A program made the position numbers and the translations under genes. Shown here piece by piece: positions 17,134 through 26,450 of a DNA stretch of 32,000 bases (position 1 is its first letter; every line of letters begins with the position of its first letter). Source of the stretch: Demequinaceae bacterium (GTDB taxonomy: Bacteria > Actinomycetota > Actinomycetes > Actinomycetales > Demequinaceae); the NCBI GenBank assembly GCA_965250005.1, contig OZ252279.1:270001-302000 (forward strand), in the 5' to 3' direction. Below the pieces are notes generated by a model. That model made no database searches, was not told where the DNA came from, and worked only from the letters and a program-made list of their open reading frames with translations.

Positions 17134-17973
17134 ATCGAAGAAGCGCGTATTAACGAGCGGATCCGCGTCCTGGAAGTCCGCCTGGTTGGCCCGCAGGGTG
17201 AGCAGGTGGGAATCGTCCGTGCCGAGGATGCGCTTCGTCTTGCGCAGGAGGCAGACCTCGACCTAGTCGAGGTTGCGCCCAACGAGCGTCCACCTGTTGC
17301 CAAAATCATGGACTACGGCAAGTTCAAGTACGAAGCCGCAGTCAAGGCCAGGGAAGCACGCCGCAACCAAGCGAATACGGTCGTCAAAGAGATTCGCTTT
17401 CGCCTCAAGATCGACAAGCACGATTACGAAACCAAAAAGGGCCATGTCATCCGCTTCCTCAAGGCCGGCGACAAGGTCAAGGTGACCATCATGTTCCGCG
17501 GCCGCGAGCAGTCGCGCCCGGAGATGGGCCGCAAGCTGCTCCAGCGCCTCGCCGAGGACGTCGCAGAGCTGTCAATCATTGAGAATGCGCCCACGCAAGA
17601 AGGACGCAACATGTCGCTGGTTCTGGGACCGCTGAAGAAGAAGGCCGAGGCGCAGGCAGCGCTGCGCAAGGAGCGGGAGGCCAAGGCCAGGCAGGATGCA
17701 GCCGACGCCGCTGCGGCCAGCGAGGCTGACGCACCCAAGATTGCGGACAAGAAGGCTGCGAAAGCTGCGAAGGTTGCAGAGAACGCCGCTGGACCCACTG
17801 CCGACGCGAAGCCTGCTGCCAAGGAGCCTGCTGAGAAGAAGCCTGCGGCAGCACCCAAGACAGCGGCAAAGAAGCCGGCGGCAAAGGCTGCCGGAACTAC
17901 GGCATCGGTCGCCAAGAAGCCAGCGGCTAAGAAGCAGGCGGCAAAAAAGAACACCAAGACTTCGGGCGCGTAG
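17134..17973 (+). CDS. infC: Translation initiation factor IF-3 with long Ala/Lys/Pro-rich C-terminal extension
   Basis: [34 protein letters not shown] and TIMFRGRE are canonical IF3 sequence. The in-frame ATC at 17134 lies 5 nt after GAGGAG (17122-17127), consistent with the non-canonical AUU/AUC/AUA start known for infC. The track's ATG 17110 has no SD and is the alternative start. Confidence 0.9.
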   Translation: MEEARINERIRVLEVRLVGPQGEQVGIVRAEDALRLAQEADLDLVEVAPNERPPVAKIMDYGKFKYEAAVKAREARRNQANTVVKEIRFRLKIDKHDYETKKGHVIRFLKAGDKVKVTIMFRGREQSRPEMGRKLLQRLAEDVAELSIIENAPTQEGRNMSLVLGPLKKKAEAQAALRKEREAKARQDAADAAAASEADAPKIADKKAAKAAKVAENAAGPTADAKPAAKEPAEKKPAAAPKTAAKKPAAKAAGTTASVAKKPAAKKQAAKKNTKTSGA

Positions 17974-18032
17974 TCCGAACCCAATGTGCGCCGCCGAACC
18001 TGGTGGCGCCTGATACGAGGAGAGACGGCGCT

Positions 18033-18227
18033 ATGCCGAAGAACAAGACCCACTCGGGAGCCAAGAAGCGTTTCAAGCTGACTGGTACCGGCAAGGTGAC
18101 GCACGATCACGCGATGAACGTGCACAAGTTCCAGGAGAAGAGCGGTTCGCGTAAGCGCCGCGTGGCTCAGGACGCAATTCTGTCTAAGCCCGACTCCAAG
18201 AAGATCAAGAAACTGTTGGGCAAGTAA
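18033..18227 (+). CDS. rpmI: 50S ribosomal protein L35
   Basis: [22 protein letters not shown] is canonical L35. ATG 18033 is preceded by GAGGAGAG. The track ORF starts 30 nt earlier. Confidence 0.93.
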   Translation: MPKNKTHSGAKKRFKLTGTGKVTHDHAMNVHKFQEKSGSRKRRVAQDAILSKPDSKKIKKLLGK

Positions 18228-18255
18228 CCGCCCTCTACACGTAAGGAGCAGAACA

Positions 18256-18636
18256 GTGGCACGCGTCAAGCGGGCGGTCAACGCCCAGAAGAAACGCAGG
18301 ACAACCCTTGAGAGGGCCAGCGGCTACCGCGGACAGCGTTCGCGCCTGTACCGCAAGGCCAAAGAGCAGGTCACGCATTCGATGGTTTACGCATACCGTG
18401 ACCGTCGCGCCCGCAAGGGTGAGTTCCGCAAGCTGTGGATCCAGCGGATCAACGCTGCGGCACGACTCAACGGCATCACCTACAACCGCTTTATGCAGGG
18501 CCTGAAGCTCGCGGAGGTTGCGGTTGACCGCCGCATGCTCGCCGACCTTGCGGTAAGCGACCCGAAGGCGTTCGCCACACTCGTGGAGACTGCCAAGAAG
18601 TCACTGCCGAAGGACGTCAACGCTCCCGCGGCGTAG
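18256..18636 (+). CDS. rplT: 50S ribosomal protein L20
   Basis: [15 protein letters not shown]...[24 protein letters not shown] is canonical L20. An AAGGAG SD lies upstream of GTG 18256. Confidence 0.95.
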   Translation: MARVKRAVNAQKKRRTTLERASGYRGQRSRLYRKAKEQVTHSMVYAYRDRRARKGEFRKLWIQRINAAARLNGITYNRFMQGLKLAEVAVDRRMLADLAVSDPKAFATLVETAKKSLPKDVNAPAA

Positions 18637-19530
18637 GTGCCTCACAACATGACGGAACGCCCCGACAGGGCAGCGCCGCTCGCGGTCACGCTATCCAACG
18701 TGAAGGCTGATCGGGTTAAGCAAGTGCGCGCACTGTTGGGGCGTTCTGCGCGTTCCAGGGCCGGACAGTTCGTGGTCGAGGGACCCCAGGGCGTGCGTGA
18801 ACTGGTGGCGCACGCCCCTCAACGTGTCCGCGATGTCTACCTTTCCGAGTCCGCACACGCACGCGAGCCCGGAATTGGCGCATCCGCGCTTGCCGCAGGC
18901 CTTTTTGTCCACCTAGGCACGGATGAGGTGCTTGCCGCTATGAGCCCCGACAGTCAGGGGACGCTTGCCGCGGCGAGCATGTGGCGCGCCACGCTCGAAG
19001 AGGACCTTCCGCCAAAGCCGCAGCTCGTGGCCGTACTGAACGAGGTGCGCGACCCAGGCAACGTCGGCACAATAATTCGGGTGGCTGACTCTGCGGGCGC
19101 CGACGCGCTGATCCTCGCGGGGGAGACGGTGGACGTATTCAATCCCAAGGTGGTGCGCGCCACCGCAGGCAGCCTGTTCCACCTGCCAGTGATTCAGGAC
19201 GTGACCTTGGCGGCTGCTGCCGCGGCACTGCGGGACCGCGGGGTGCAGATTCTGGCGACCGCGGTCTCCAGCGACGACCAACTAGGAAGCGCCGAGGGCG
19301 CTGGGTCCGCGGAATCGCTTGCGCAGCCCACTGCGTGGCTACTCGGAAATGAATCGCGGGGGCTGTCCGAAGAACACCTAGCGCTTGTCGACCACGCGGT
19401 CCGTATCCCAATTTTCGGGTATGCGGAGTCTATGAATGTTGCCACCGCGGCGGCGGTTGTGTTCTACCAGTCGAGGTTGACAAATCTCACTCCCCACGAC
19501 GCCAAGAAAGCGCCTAGGCTCTCTCCATGA
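18637..19530 (+). CDS. TrmH/SpoU family RNA 2'-O-methyltransferase
   Basis: The SpoU motifs are present: NEVRDPGNVGTIIRVADSAGA, LLGNESRGLS and IPIFGYAESMNVATAAAVVFY. The start is GTG 18637 or ATG 18649. The position after rplT matches tsnR-like genes in other actinobacteria. Confidence 0.85.
   Translation: MPHNMTERPDRAAPLAVTLSNVKADRVKQVRALLGRSARSRAGQFVVEGPQGVRELVAHAPQRVRDVYLSESAHAREPGIGASALAAGLFVHLGTDEVLAAMSPDSQGTLAAASMWRATLEEDLPPKPQLVAVLNEVRDPGNVGTIIRVADSAGADALILAGETVDVFNPKVVRATAGSLFHLPVIQDVTLAAAAAALRDRGVQILATAVSSDDQLGSAEGAGSAESLAQPTAWLLGNESRGLSEEHLALVDHAVRIPIFGYAESMNVATAAAVVFYQSRLTNLTPHDAKKAPRLSP
19515..19520 (+). promoter_or_regulatory. -10-like TAGGCT 6 nt before DGC1 ATG, inside the 3' end of the TrmH-family gene
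   Basis: cgccTAGGCTctctccATG. Confidence 0.35.
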
Positions 19531-21173
19531 CCGTAGTCGCCGATGATGGCCGCGACCCGGGAGGTCGCCTTCCGCGCTTCTCTTTTGTGGTGGGCGTGGT
19601 GTCCGCGATTCTGGTCCTGCAGTTGCTCGCAGTCGCACTCGTGGGCTTCTTAGTTGAGCGCGACGCTGAGAGCGCGACGGAAGATGCTTTCAACTACATC
19701 GGCGATGCGACAACAGTGCGTGTGGTCCACTTTCTCGAACCCGCCCAGCGCTTGGTGTTTCAGACGGCCTACTCGCTCGAGAATGGCTTCGGAAGCGAAG
19801 ATCCCGACGAGCTCGCCGAGCACCTCTTTGAGGAAATCCACTTCTATCCGCAACTTGCAGGAATATTCGTGGGCTACCCGAATGGCGACTTCGTCTTTGT
19901 ACGTCAACTCGTCACTGGCTTCGAGGTCAAAATCATCAGCGCGGAACCCGAGCGCCGCGTGACCGTCTACCTGTACGATGACCGGTACACGCTGCGATCG
20001 TTTTGGGTGCTCACTGACGACATGTACGATCCGCGCGCGCGCGTTTGGTACGAGGACGCGTCCCGGGACCCCCACGCGATTTGGACGGATCCGTACGTTT
20101 TCCACTCCTCGGGAGCTCCCGGCGTCACCATGGCACAGGCCGTATACGGCGAGGACGGAGAGATCAAAGCGGTGGTGGGCGCGGACATCGAATTATCGGA
20201 AATATCCACGTTCCTAGACGGGCTACCGGTCGGTTCGGACGGCGAAGCCTTTGTGCTCACTGGCGAGCGTGAGGTTATCGCCGCGCCTAGTCGCTACGAC
20301 GAGTTGGTGGTTGCCGCACGCGGAGAAGCGGGGCTCACCGTTTCTGCGGAGGCCCTGGGGCTTGAGCTTCCGGCGCTGCCCGAAGAGTTCAACCGAGAAA
20401 TCGGCGTGTTTGGTCGCAACGGCGATTACGTGACGCTCGAGCGGGGCTTCCCGCGGGAATCCTTGATCGGCTGGACGATTCACCTGCGGGCAACTGAAGC
20501 GGGGCTCTCCCCAGGCATCGGCTCGTTCCAGCGGACCAGCCTGTGGTACTCGGGCGCGATAGCGCTGCTGGTATTGGCGGCGTCCTTTTTGGTCTATCAA
20601 CTCCGCCATCCGCTTGTTGAACTCCAGGCGCGCGCCTCCACGGATGACCTCACGAGGCTCGCCAACCGCTACGAGTTCCGCAGGCGCGGACAGGTCATGG
20701 TGGACGCGGCGTACGAGCGCGCAGAACCAATCTGCGTCGCCATGTTCGACTTGGACGATTTCAAGCGCATCAACGACACTGACGGGCACTCCGCTGGCGA
20801 TCGTGCTCTCCGTACGGCGGCTGATTCGCTGCGCGACGGCACCGGGCCGGATGACTTGGTCGCACGGTTCGGCGGAGACGAGTTTGTTGTTGTCAGGCTG
20901 GTGGGAGATGTGGCCGTGCCCTATCAGGCAGTCGAGCGCATACGCGACCATATGGAGCGCGGCATCAACAAGCGTCGCCGCCCCGGGGAGATGATTGGGG
21001 TTACCGCGGGCTTCGCGCTGAGCGGTCCGGACTATCGCGACCTGAAGGCTCTCGCTCAGGCAGCCGACGCTGCGTTGGTCGCGGGCAAGCGCGCGGGCAA
21101 GGGACAGACGCACGGAGCGGACGATGCTAGCGAGGGCACCGAACGGCGCAGATCTCGCTCCAAAATCCTCTAG
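19527..21173 (+). CDS. Membrane diguanylate cyclase, Cache-like ectodomain + GGDEF (DGC1)
   Basis: ATG overlaps the TrmH-family stop (ATGA). The N-terminal TM helix is followed by an ectodomain of about 300 aa with YDPRARVWY...WTDPYVF, as in dCache_1 sensors. After a second TM helix comes DDLTRLANRYEF ... FDLDDFKRINDTDGH ... RFGGDEF. Confidence 0.85.
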   Translation: MTVVADDGRDPGGRLPRFSFVVGVVSAILVLQLLAVALVGFLVERDAESATEDAFNYIGDATTVRVVHFLEPAQRLVFQTAYSLENGFGSEDPDELAEHLFEEIHFYPQLAGIFVGYPNGDFVFVRQLVTGFEVKIISAEPERRVTVYLYDDRYTLRSFWVLTDDMYDPRARVWYEDASRDPHAIWTDPYVFHSSGAPGVTMAQAVYGEDGEIKAVVGADIELSEISTFLDGLPVGSDGEAFVLTGEREVIAAPSRYDELVVAARGEAGLTVSAEALGLELPALPEEFNREIGVFGRNGDYVTLERGFPRESLIGWTIHLRATEAGLSPGIGSFQRTSLWYSGAIALLVLAASFLVYQLRHPLVELQARASTDDLTRLANRYEFRRRGQVMVDAAYERAEPICVAMFDLDDFKRINDTDGHSAGDRALRTAADSLRDGTGPDDLVARFGGDEFVVVRLVGDVAVPYQAVERIRDHMERGINKRRRPGEMIGVTAGFALSGPDYRDLKALAQAADAALVAGKRAGKGQTHGADDASEGTERRRSRSKIL

Positions 21174-21221
21174 GTGCGCCGGGTGTGGTGATTCTCTCGT
21201 CAGGATGGGCGCGCGGGAACC

Positions 21222-21227
21222 TACACT
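21222..21227 (+). promoter_or_regulatory. -10-like TACACT 6 nt before DGC2 ATG (leaderless candidate)
   Basis: aaccTACACTgaagaaATG. Confidence 0.4.
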
Positions 21228-21233
21228 GAAGAA

Positions 21234-22841
21234 ATGACGCGAGCGAAGACGTCTGTCGCTGAGCGGCTCGGATCGCGCCGCCTCATGCGCGCTGTTGCGG
21301 GCGTTGCCGCCTCGGTTCTTCTCCTCCAACTGGTGATCACGGTGGTCGCGCTCGTCCAAATTGACAAGAGAAACAACGCTGCGGCCGAGGAGGCATTCAA
21401 CTTTGTTGGCTCCGCGACTGTCGAGAGCGTCGGGCGGTACCTCGACGACGCCAGCCAGGCCGTCGAGTCATTGGCGGTCGACGTAGCCGGCAGCGACCTG
21501 GACATATATGACGGCTCGTTGCAGTTCGCGTTGTACCAACACCTCCGTAGCCAGGACTACCTGAGCGCGCTCTACGTTGGCTTTGATAACGGCGACTTCG
21601 CGATTCTGCGCCGCGACCCGGATAGCCGCGGCTACAAATTGCGCCAGATCGTATCTGAGCCGATACGAGTGGTATCGGACGAGTACTACGACATCTCGTT
21701 TGTGTACTTGTCGAACGAGATCTTGGTCGACGGCTATGACCCTCGCGCGCGTCCGTGGTACGCGCTGGCGACGGGCAGTGTTGGCGCGGCGTGGACAGAT
21801 CCGTACGTCTTTCACGAATCCCAGCGGCCCGGCGTGACGGTCACGATCGCCAGCCGTACTTTTTTTGGCGCGCCAGCCGTTGCCGGTGCGGACTTGCAGC
21901 TCGATGAACTTGGCGAAATCTTGGACGACCTGCCCTTGGGTGAAGACGGGGAGGCATTCTTGCTGTCCTCGGACAGGACGGTGGTCGCTGCGCCCAGCAG
22001 GTACGCGAATCGGATCGTCAACTATGCGAAGGACGTGGGTTCCACCATCCCCGCAGAGAAGTTGGGCATCCTCACCTCCGCTCCATTGACGGGAAGCAGC
22101 GAACTGCGCGCGTTCGGCACGGATGGGGATCACGTCACGCTCGAGACTCGAATTCCCAACGACAATGGCGCGGACTGGATACTGCACATTAGGGCCACCG
22201 CGTCCGGGATAGCGCCCGAACTTGAAGCCGCTCAAAGCACCATTCTGTGGCTGACGGTGCCGAACGTGGTGCTGCTGTTCATTGCGGCAGGGCTGTTCGC
22301 GATCATGTTGCGCCCCATCAGAGACATGCGCACGCGCGCTGAAACGGATTCGCTCACAGGGTTGTCGAATCGCCACGAGTTCTTCACAGAGGGCCAGCGG
22401 ACGGTGGCGTCCGCTCAGGCGGACGGCCGCGCGCTTGCCGTTGTCACGCTCGATCTTGACAATTTCAAGGCGGTCAACGACAGATTCGGTCACGGCGTGG
22501 GGGATGAGGCACTGCGTACGGTGGGGCGCGCGATCGCTGAAGTGGTGCGTACCAGAGACGTCGCGGGGCGACTGGGAGGCGACGAGTTTGCGATCGTTCT
22601 CAATCTCGACAAGGGCTCCAACGTCCGGAAAATCGTAGACGGTATTCGCACTCGCGTGTCGACCCGCATCACGAGCGTGTTCCCCGCTGCGATCCGCCCG
22701 GGCGTAACCGCAGGGTTCGCGGTGCTGAACAAGGAGCAGGCGTCGCTTGAGCGCGTGCTGCGCGCGGCCGACGAGGCGATGATTGAGGGCAAGCGGGTGA
22801 GCAAGGGCGCGACATACCCTGCCAGGCGCAAGACCACGTAG
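21234..22841 (+). CDS. Membrane diguanylate cyclase, Cache-like ectodomain + GGDEF (DGC2, with RxxD I-site)
   Basis: Paralog of DGC1 (YDPRARPWY...WTDPYVF; DSLTGLSNRHEF; LDLDNFKAVNDRFGH). RTRD lies exactly 5 residues before GGDEF (RTRDVAGRLGGDEF). Confidence 0.87.
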   Translation: MTRAKTSVAERLGSRRLMRAVAGVAASVLLLQLVITVVALVQIDKRNNAAAEEAFNFVGSATVESVGRYLDDASQAVESLAVDVAGSDLDIYDGSLQFALYQHLRSQDYLSALYVGFDNGDFAILRRDPDSRGYKLRQIVSEPIRVVSDEYYDISFVYLSNEILVDGYDPRARPWYALATGSVGAAWTDPYVFHESQRPGVTVTIASRTFFGAPAVAGADLQLDELGEILDDLPLGEDGEAFLLSSDRTVVAAPSRYANRIVNYAKDVGSTIPAEKLGILTSAPLTGSSELRAFGTDGDHVTLETRIPNDNGADWILHIRATASGIAPELEAAQSTILWLTVPNVVLLFIAAGLFAIMLRPIRDMRTRAETDSLTGLSNRHEFFTEGQRTVASAQADGRALAVVTLDLDNFKAVNDRFGHGVGDEALRTVGRAIAEVVRTRDVAGRLGGDEFAIVLNLDKGSNVRKIVDGIRTRVSTRITSVFPAAIRPGVTAGFAVLNKEQASLERVLRAADEAMIEGKRVSKGATYPARRKTT

Positions 22842-22890
22842 CTGACGGCCCGGACGGAGCGGCGTTCCCCCACCATCGGACGTGTCTGCG

Positions 22891-22896
22891 TACAAT
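22891..22896 (+). promoter_or_regulatory. -10-like TACAAT 6 nt before DGC3 ATG (leaderless candidate)
   Basis: ctgcgTACAATccccacATG. Confidence 0.45.
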
Positions 22897-22902
22897 CCCC
22901 AC

Positions 22903-24678
22903 ATGGCACGAACCCCTAGGAGGGCGCCCGCCGGCGGGCGCAGAGGTCTAGAGTTTTCTGCTGTGGTGGCGGTTGTGGGCGCCGTCCTGCTGCTGCAAGT
23001 CGCGGCGTCTAGCTTCGCCGGGGCGGCCGCGCTCCGCGACGCGGACACTGCTACGGGAGATATCTTCGTGTTTACGGCAGATGTGACCGCTGAACGCATC
23101 CTCGACTTCCTCGACCCGGCCATCGAGGCCTCGTGGAGTGCGGAATCGGCGATTCTCAATGCCGGCCCCCTGGACTTCTTCGGGGCGGACCCCTTCGCTG
23201 ACCTAGAGGACCCGCTCGCAGCGTTAGAGGATCCGATCTTTGATGAGGACGGCTTCCTGTTTGGAGACGTGGACCCGCTGGTCGCGACGGTTGACACTTT
23301 GGCCATAGAAGACTTCAGGGCGGCGATGGCTAACGACGTGCAACTTTCGGGGATTCTCGTGGCGTTCGCTGACGGGACCGTCTATGGCGTGTCGCGAGGA
23401 CCCACCGGCTGGACCGAGGTCACGGGTAGGCCCGGCACCGCCGAGCCGTATCTGAGCGTGTTCCACGGAGTGGCGGGAGCGCCCGCCGAGCCCGAGGTGT
23501 GGGAGCGAGGTCACCCCTACATCAAGACGTCCTGGTTTGCGGCCGGAGCGGCGGCGGTGGAGCCGACCTGGTTTGGCCTCACACCTTCCGAAATCGGCGT
23601 GCAGCCTGTTCTCTCCGTTGTTACAGGTGTGCGCGGCTGGGATGGGGAACTGATTGCAGTCGTGCGGGTCGAACTCGAGAACCTCATTCTTTCGGAATTC
23701 TTGACGGCCCTGCCTATCGGTGAGGATGGCGAGGCGTTCCTGCTCTCTGAGGAGCGAGGAGTGATCGCTGCGCCAGAGCAGTACAACGCCGACCTTGCGG
23801 CGCTGCGAATTGACGCCGCGGGCCCGGAGCTTCAAGGTGACGGACCGGGCGTGGATACTGAGGGCGGCCAGCCGAGCGGCCCCCCTGACGGCCCCGTTAA
23901 CAGCGGTCACGACGCTACCGAGCTGGGCATTGAGGTCCCCGATGCAGACTCGATTGATCGGGTCCACGAGCAGGGCGACTATCTGGTGTTCGAGACGCCA
24001 TTGTCGGAGGACGGAAACCCGAACTGGTCGGTGCACTTGCGCGCCTCCGCCGGCGGCATCGCCCCGGGCATCGCCTCGTTCGAGCGGACCATGCTGACCT
24101 ACTCGATCGTGATCGGTGCGGTTGTTGTTCTGGGAGCCCTGCTGGTGATGTTGCTCCGCGGGCCGCTGCAGCGCCTTCGCGAGCGCGCGGCGCACGATAC
24201 CCTCACGGGCCTGGTCAACCGCGGCGAGTTCATGGCACGCGGCTCAGAAATGCTTGAGGCGGCGGAGAGGCGCGGCGGAACCGTCGCGGTCGCGATGTTC
24301 GACCTTGACAACTTCAAGCGGGTTAACGACACCCTTGGCCACGACGCGGGAGATGACGCACTGGTCGTGACGGCGCGCGCTCTCGAGCGCGGCTCTGGAC
24401 CGCGAGACGTGGTGGGCCGCTTCGGTGGTGACGAGTTTGTGATTGCGCACTGGATTGCCGACGGTGAAAACGCGGTCGGTGCGATCGAACGGATCCGTGC
24501 GCACGTGATGACGGAGCTTCGCAGCGGGCGGCTGCATGACTCGGACGTAGGCGTTTCAGCGGGCTTCTCTAGCTCTGGCGCAGGCGTGAATGATCTGGGC
24601 GCGCTCATCAGCGCCGCGGACGAGGCACTCGTGGCAGGCAAGGCCGAAGCGAAGGGCACCACGTACGCCGCGCGCTAG
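22903..24678 (+). CDS. Membrane diguanylate cyclase, divergent Cache-like ectodomain + GGDEF (DGC3)
   Basis: DTLTGLVNRGEF, FDLDNFKRVNDTLGH and RFGGDEF are present. The ectodomain is alignable to DGC1/2 (LPIGEDGEAFLLSEERGVIAAP) but carries two inserts. ATG 22903 was chosen because TACAAT lies 6 nt upstream. The track's GTG 22882 is the alternative start. Confidence 0.82.
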   Translation: MARTPRRAPAGGRRGLEFSAVVAVVGAVLLLQVAASSFAGAAALRDADTATGDIFVFTADVTAERILDFLDPAIEASWSAESAILNAGPLDFFGADPFADLEDPLAALEDPIFDEDGFLFGDVDPLVATVDTLAIEDFRAAMANDVQLSGILVAFADGTVYGVSRGPTGWTEVTGRPGTAEPYLSVFHGVAGAPAEPEVWERGHPYIKTSWFAAGAAAVEPTWFGLTPSEIGVQPVLSVVTGVRGWDGELIAVVRVELENLILSEFLTALPIGEDGEAFLLSEERGVIAAPEQYNADLAALRIDAAGPELQGDGPGVDTEGGQPSGPPDGPVNSGHDATELGIEVPDADSIDRVHEQGDYLVFETPLSEDGNPNWSVHLRASAGGIAPGIASFERTMLTYSIVIGAVVVLGALLVMLLRGPLQRLRERAAHDTLTGLVNRGEFMARGSEMLEAAERRGGTVAVAMFDLDNFKRVNDTLGHDAGDDALVVTARALERGSGPRDVVGRFGGDEFVIAHWIADGENAVGAIERIRAHVMTELRSGRLHDSDVGVSAGFSSSGAGVNDLGALISAADEALVAGKAEAKGTTYAAR

Positions 24679-24728
24679 TGCGGCGCGTTCGCTAGGGTGA
24701 CGACACACCACGAATCGAAAGGCCTCCC

Positions 24729-25223
24729 ATGGCGTCCGAGTACGACAAGACTCTGCCCAACATTCCCCTCGACGTGCCCGGCGCTGCAGGCGTGGTCACC
24801 ATCGGAAACTGGAAGACCAGCAAGCCGTTCATCGCGGTTAATGCGGTGCGTATAGTCTCCGGGCTTGGCTCTACATTTAAGATCCCGATGGCTGATGGAA
24901 CCGAGAAGAAGGCCAAGATCAAGATGAGCATGCTCGGGTACTTCTTGGTCCAAATCGATGGAAAACGAGTCTTCGAATCGGAGAAGCTCGAAACCGGGCT
25001 CGTCGTCGTGTCGCTGACTCCGTTGCTCAACCTCATCCTGCTGGGTGGACTGTTTGGCTTCGCGCTCGCATTCGGTCTGGTGACCGCCAACTACGCGATC
25101 ATTCGGAACGAGAATCTGTCGAGGACCGCAAGGTACCTGCTTCCGCTTGCGCTAGCAGCCGTGGGCGCTGTGGTCGCGGTGATGATCGGGATCGCGGTTC
25201 TCGCTTCCCGGGGCGAACTGTAG
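24729..25223 (+). CDS. Small membrane protein of unknown function (soluble N-domain + 2 TM)
   Basis: 164 aa. A GAAAGG SD lies 6 nt upstream. The N-terminal region is about 95 aa, followed by the hydrophobic helices LVVVSLTPLLNLILLGGLFGFALAFGLV and YLLPLALAAVGAVVAVMIGIAVLA. Confidence 0.6.
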   Translation: MASEYDKTLPNIPLDVPGAAGVVTIGNWKTSKPFIAVNAVRIVSGLGSTFKIPMADGTEKKAKIKMSMLGYFLVQIDGKRVFESEKLETGLVVVSLTPLLNLILLGGLFGFALAFGLVTANYAIIRNENLSRTARYLLPLALAAVGAVVAVMIGIAVLASRGEL

Positions 25224-25240
25224 CGCGCGCTCCTCGCGCG
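25224..25240 (+). terminator. GC hairpin directly after the 24729-25223 stop
   Basis: cgcgcg-ctcct-cgcgcg forms a 6-bp stem with a 5-nt loop, followed by AATTC. The U-tract is weak. Confidence 0.3.
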
Positions 25241-25283
25241 AATTCGACCGCAGGGCATGCGTTCGCCGGGTGCGCCGCGACGG

Positions 25284-26449
<1,166 letters not shown>

Positions 26450-26450
<1 letters not shown>

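Noticed and set aside
17650-17973. The Ala/Lys/Pro-rich region considered as a separate histone-like gene fused by a sequencing error.
   Set aside because: It is continuous in frame with the IF3 core, with no internal start/SD or frame change visible. It is treated as a C-terminal extension.
21468-23306. 612-aa minus-strand ORF antisense to DGC2/DGC3. Similar long antisense ORFs occur at 20223-21359, 26918-28072, 6195-7160, 17424-18281, 10567-11322, 11392-12225, 2392-3234 and 23224-24195.
   Set aside because: They lie entirely opposite well-supported genes with recognisable motifs. Their translations are Arg/Pro/Ala/Gly-rich low-information sequence with no motifs. Stop-poor antisense frames are expected in DNA of about 65-70% GC.
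24729-25223. PilZ-type c-di-GMP receptor assignment for the small membrane protein after the DGCs.
   Set aside because: No RxxxR or (D/N)xSxxG motifs are present in the translation.
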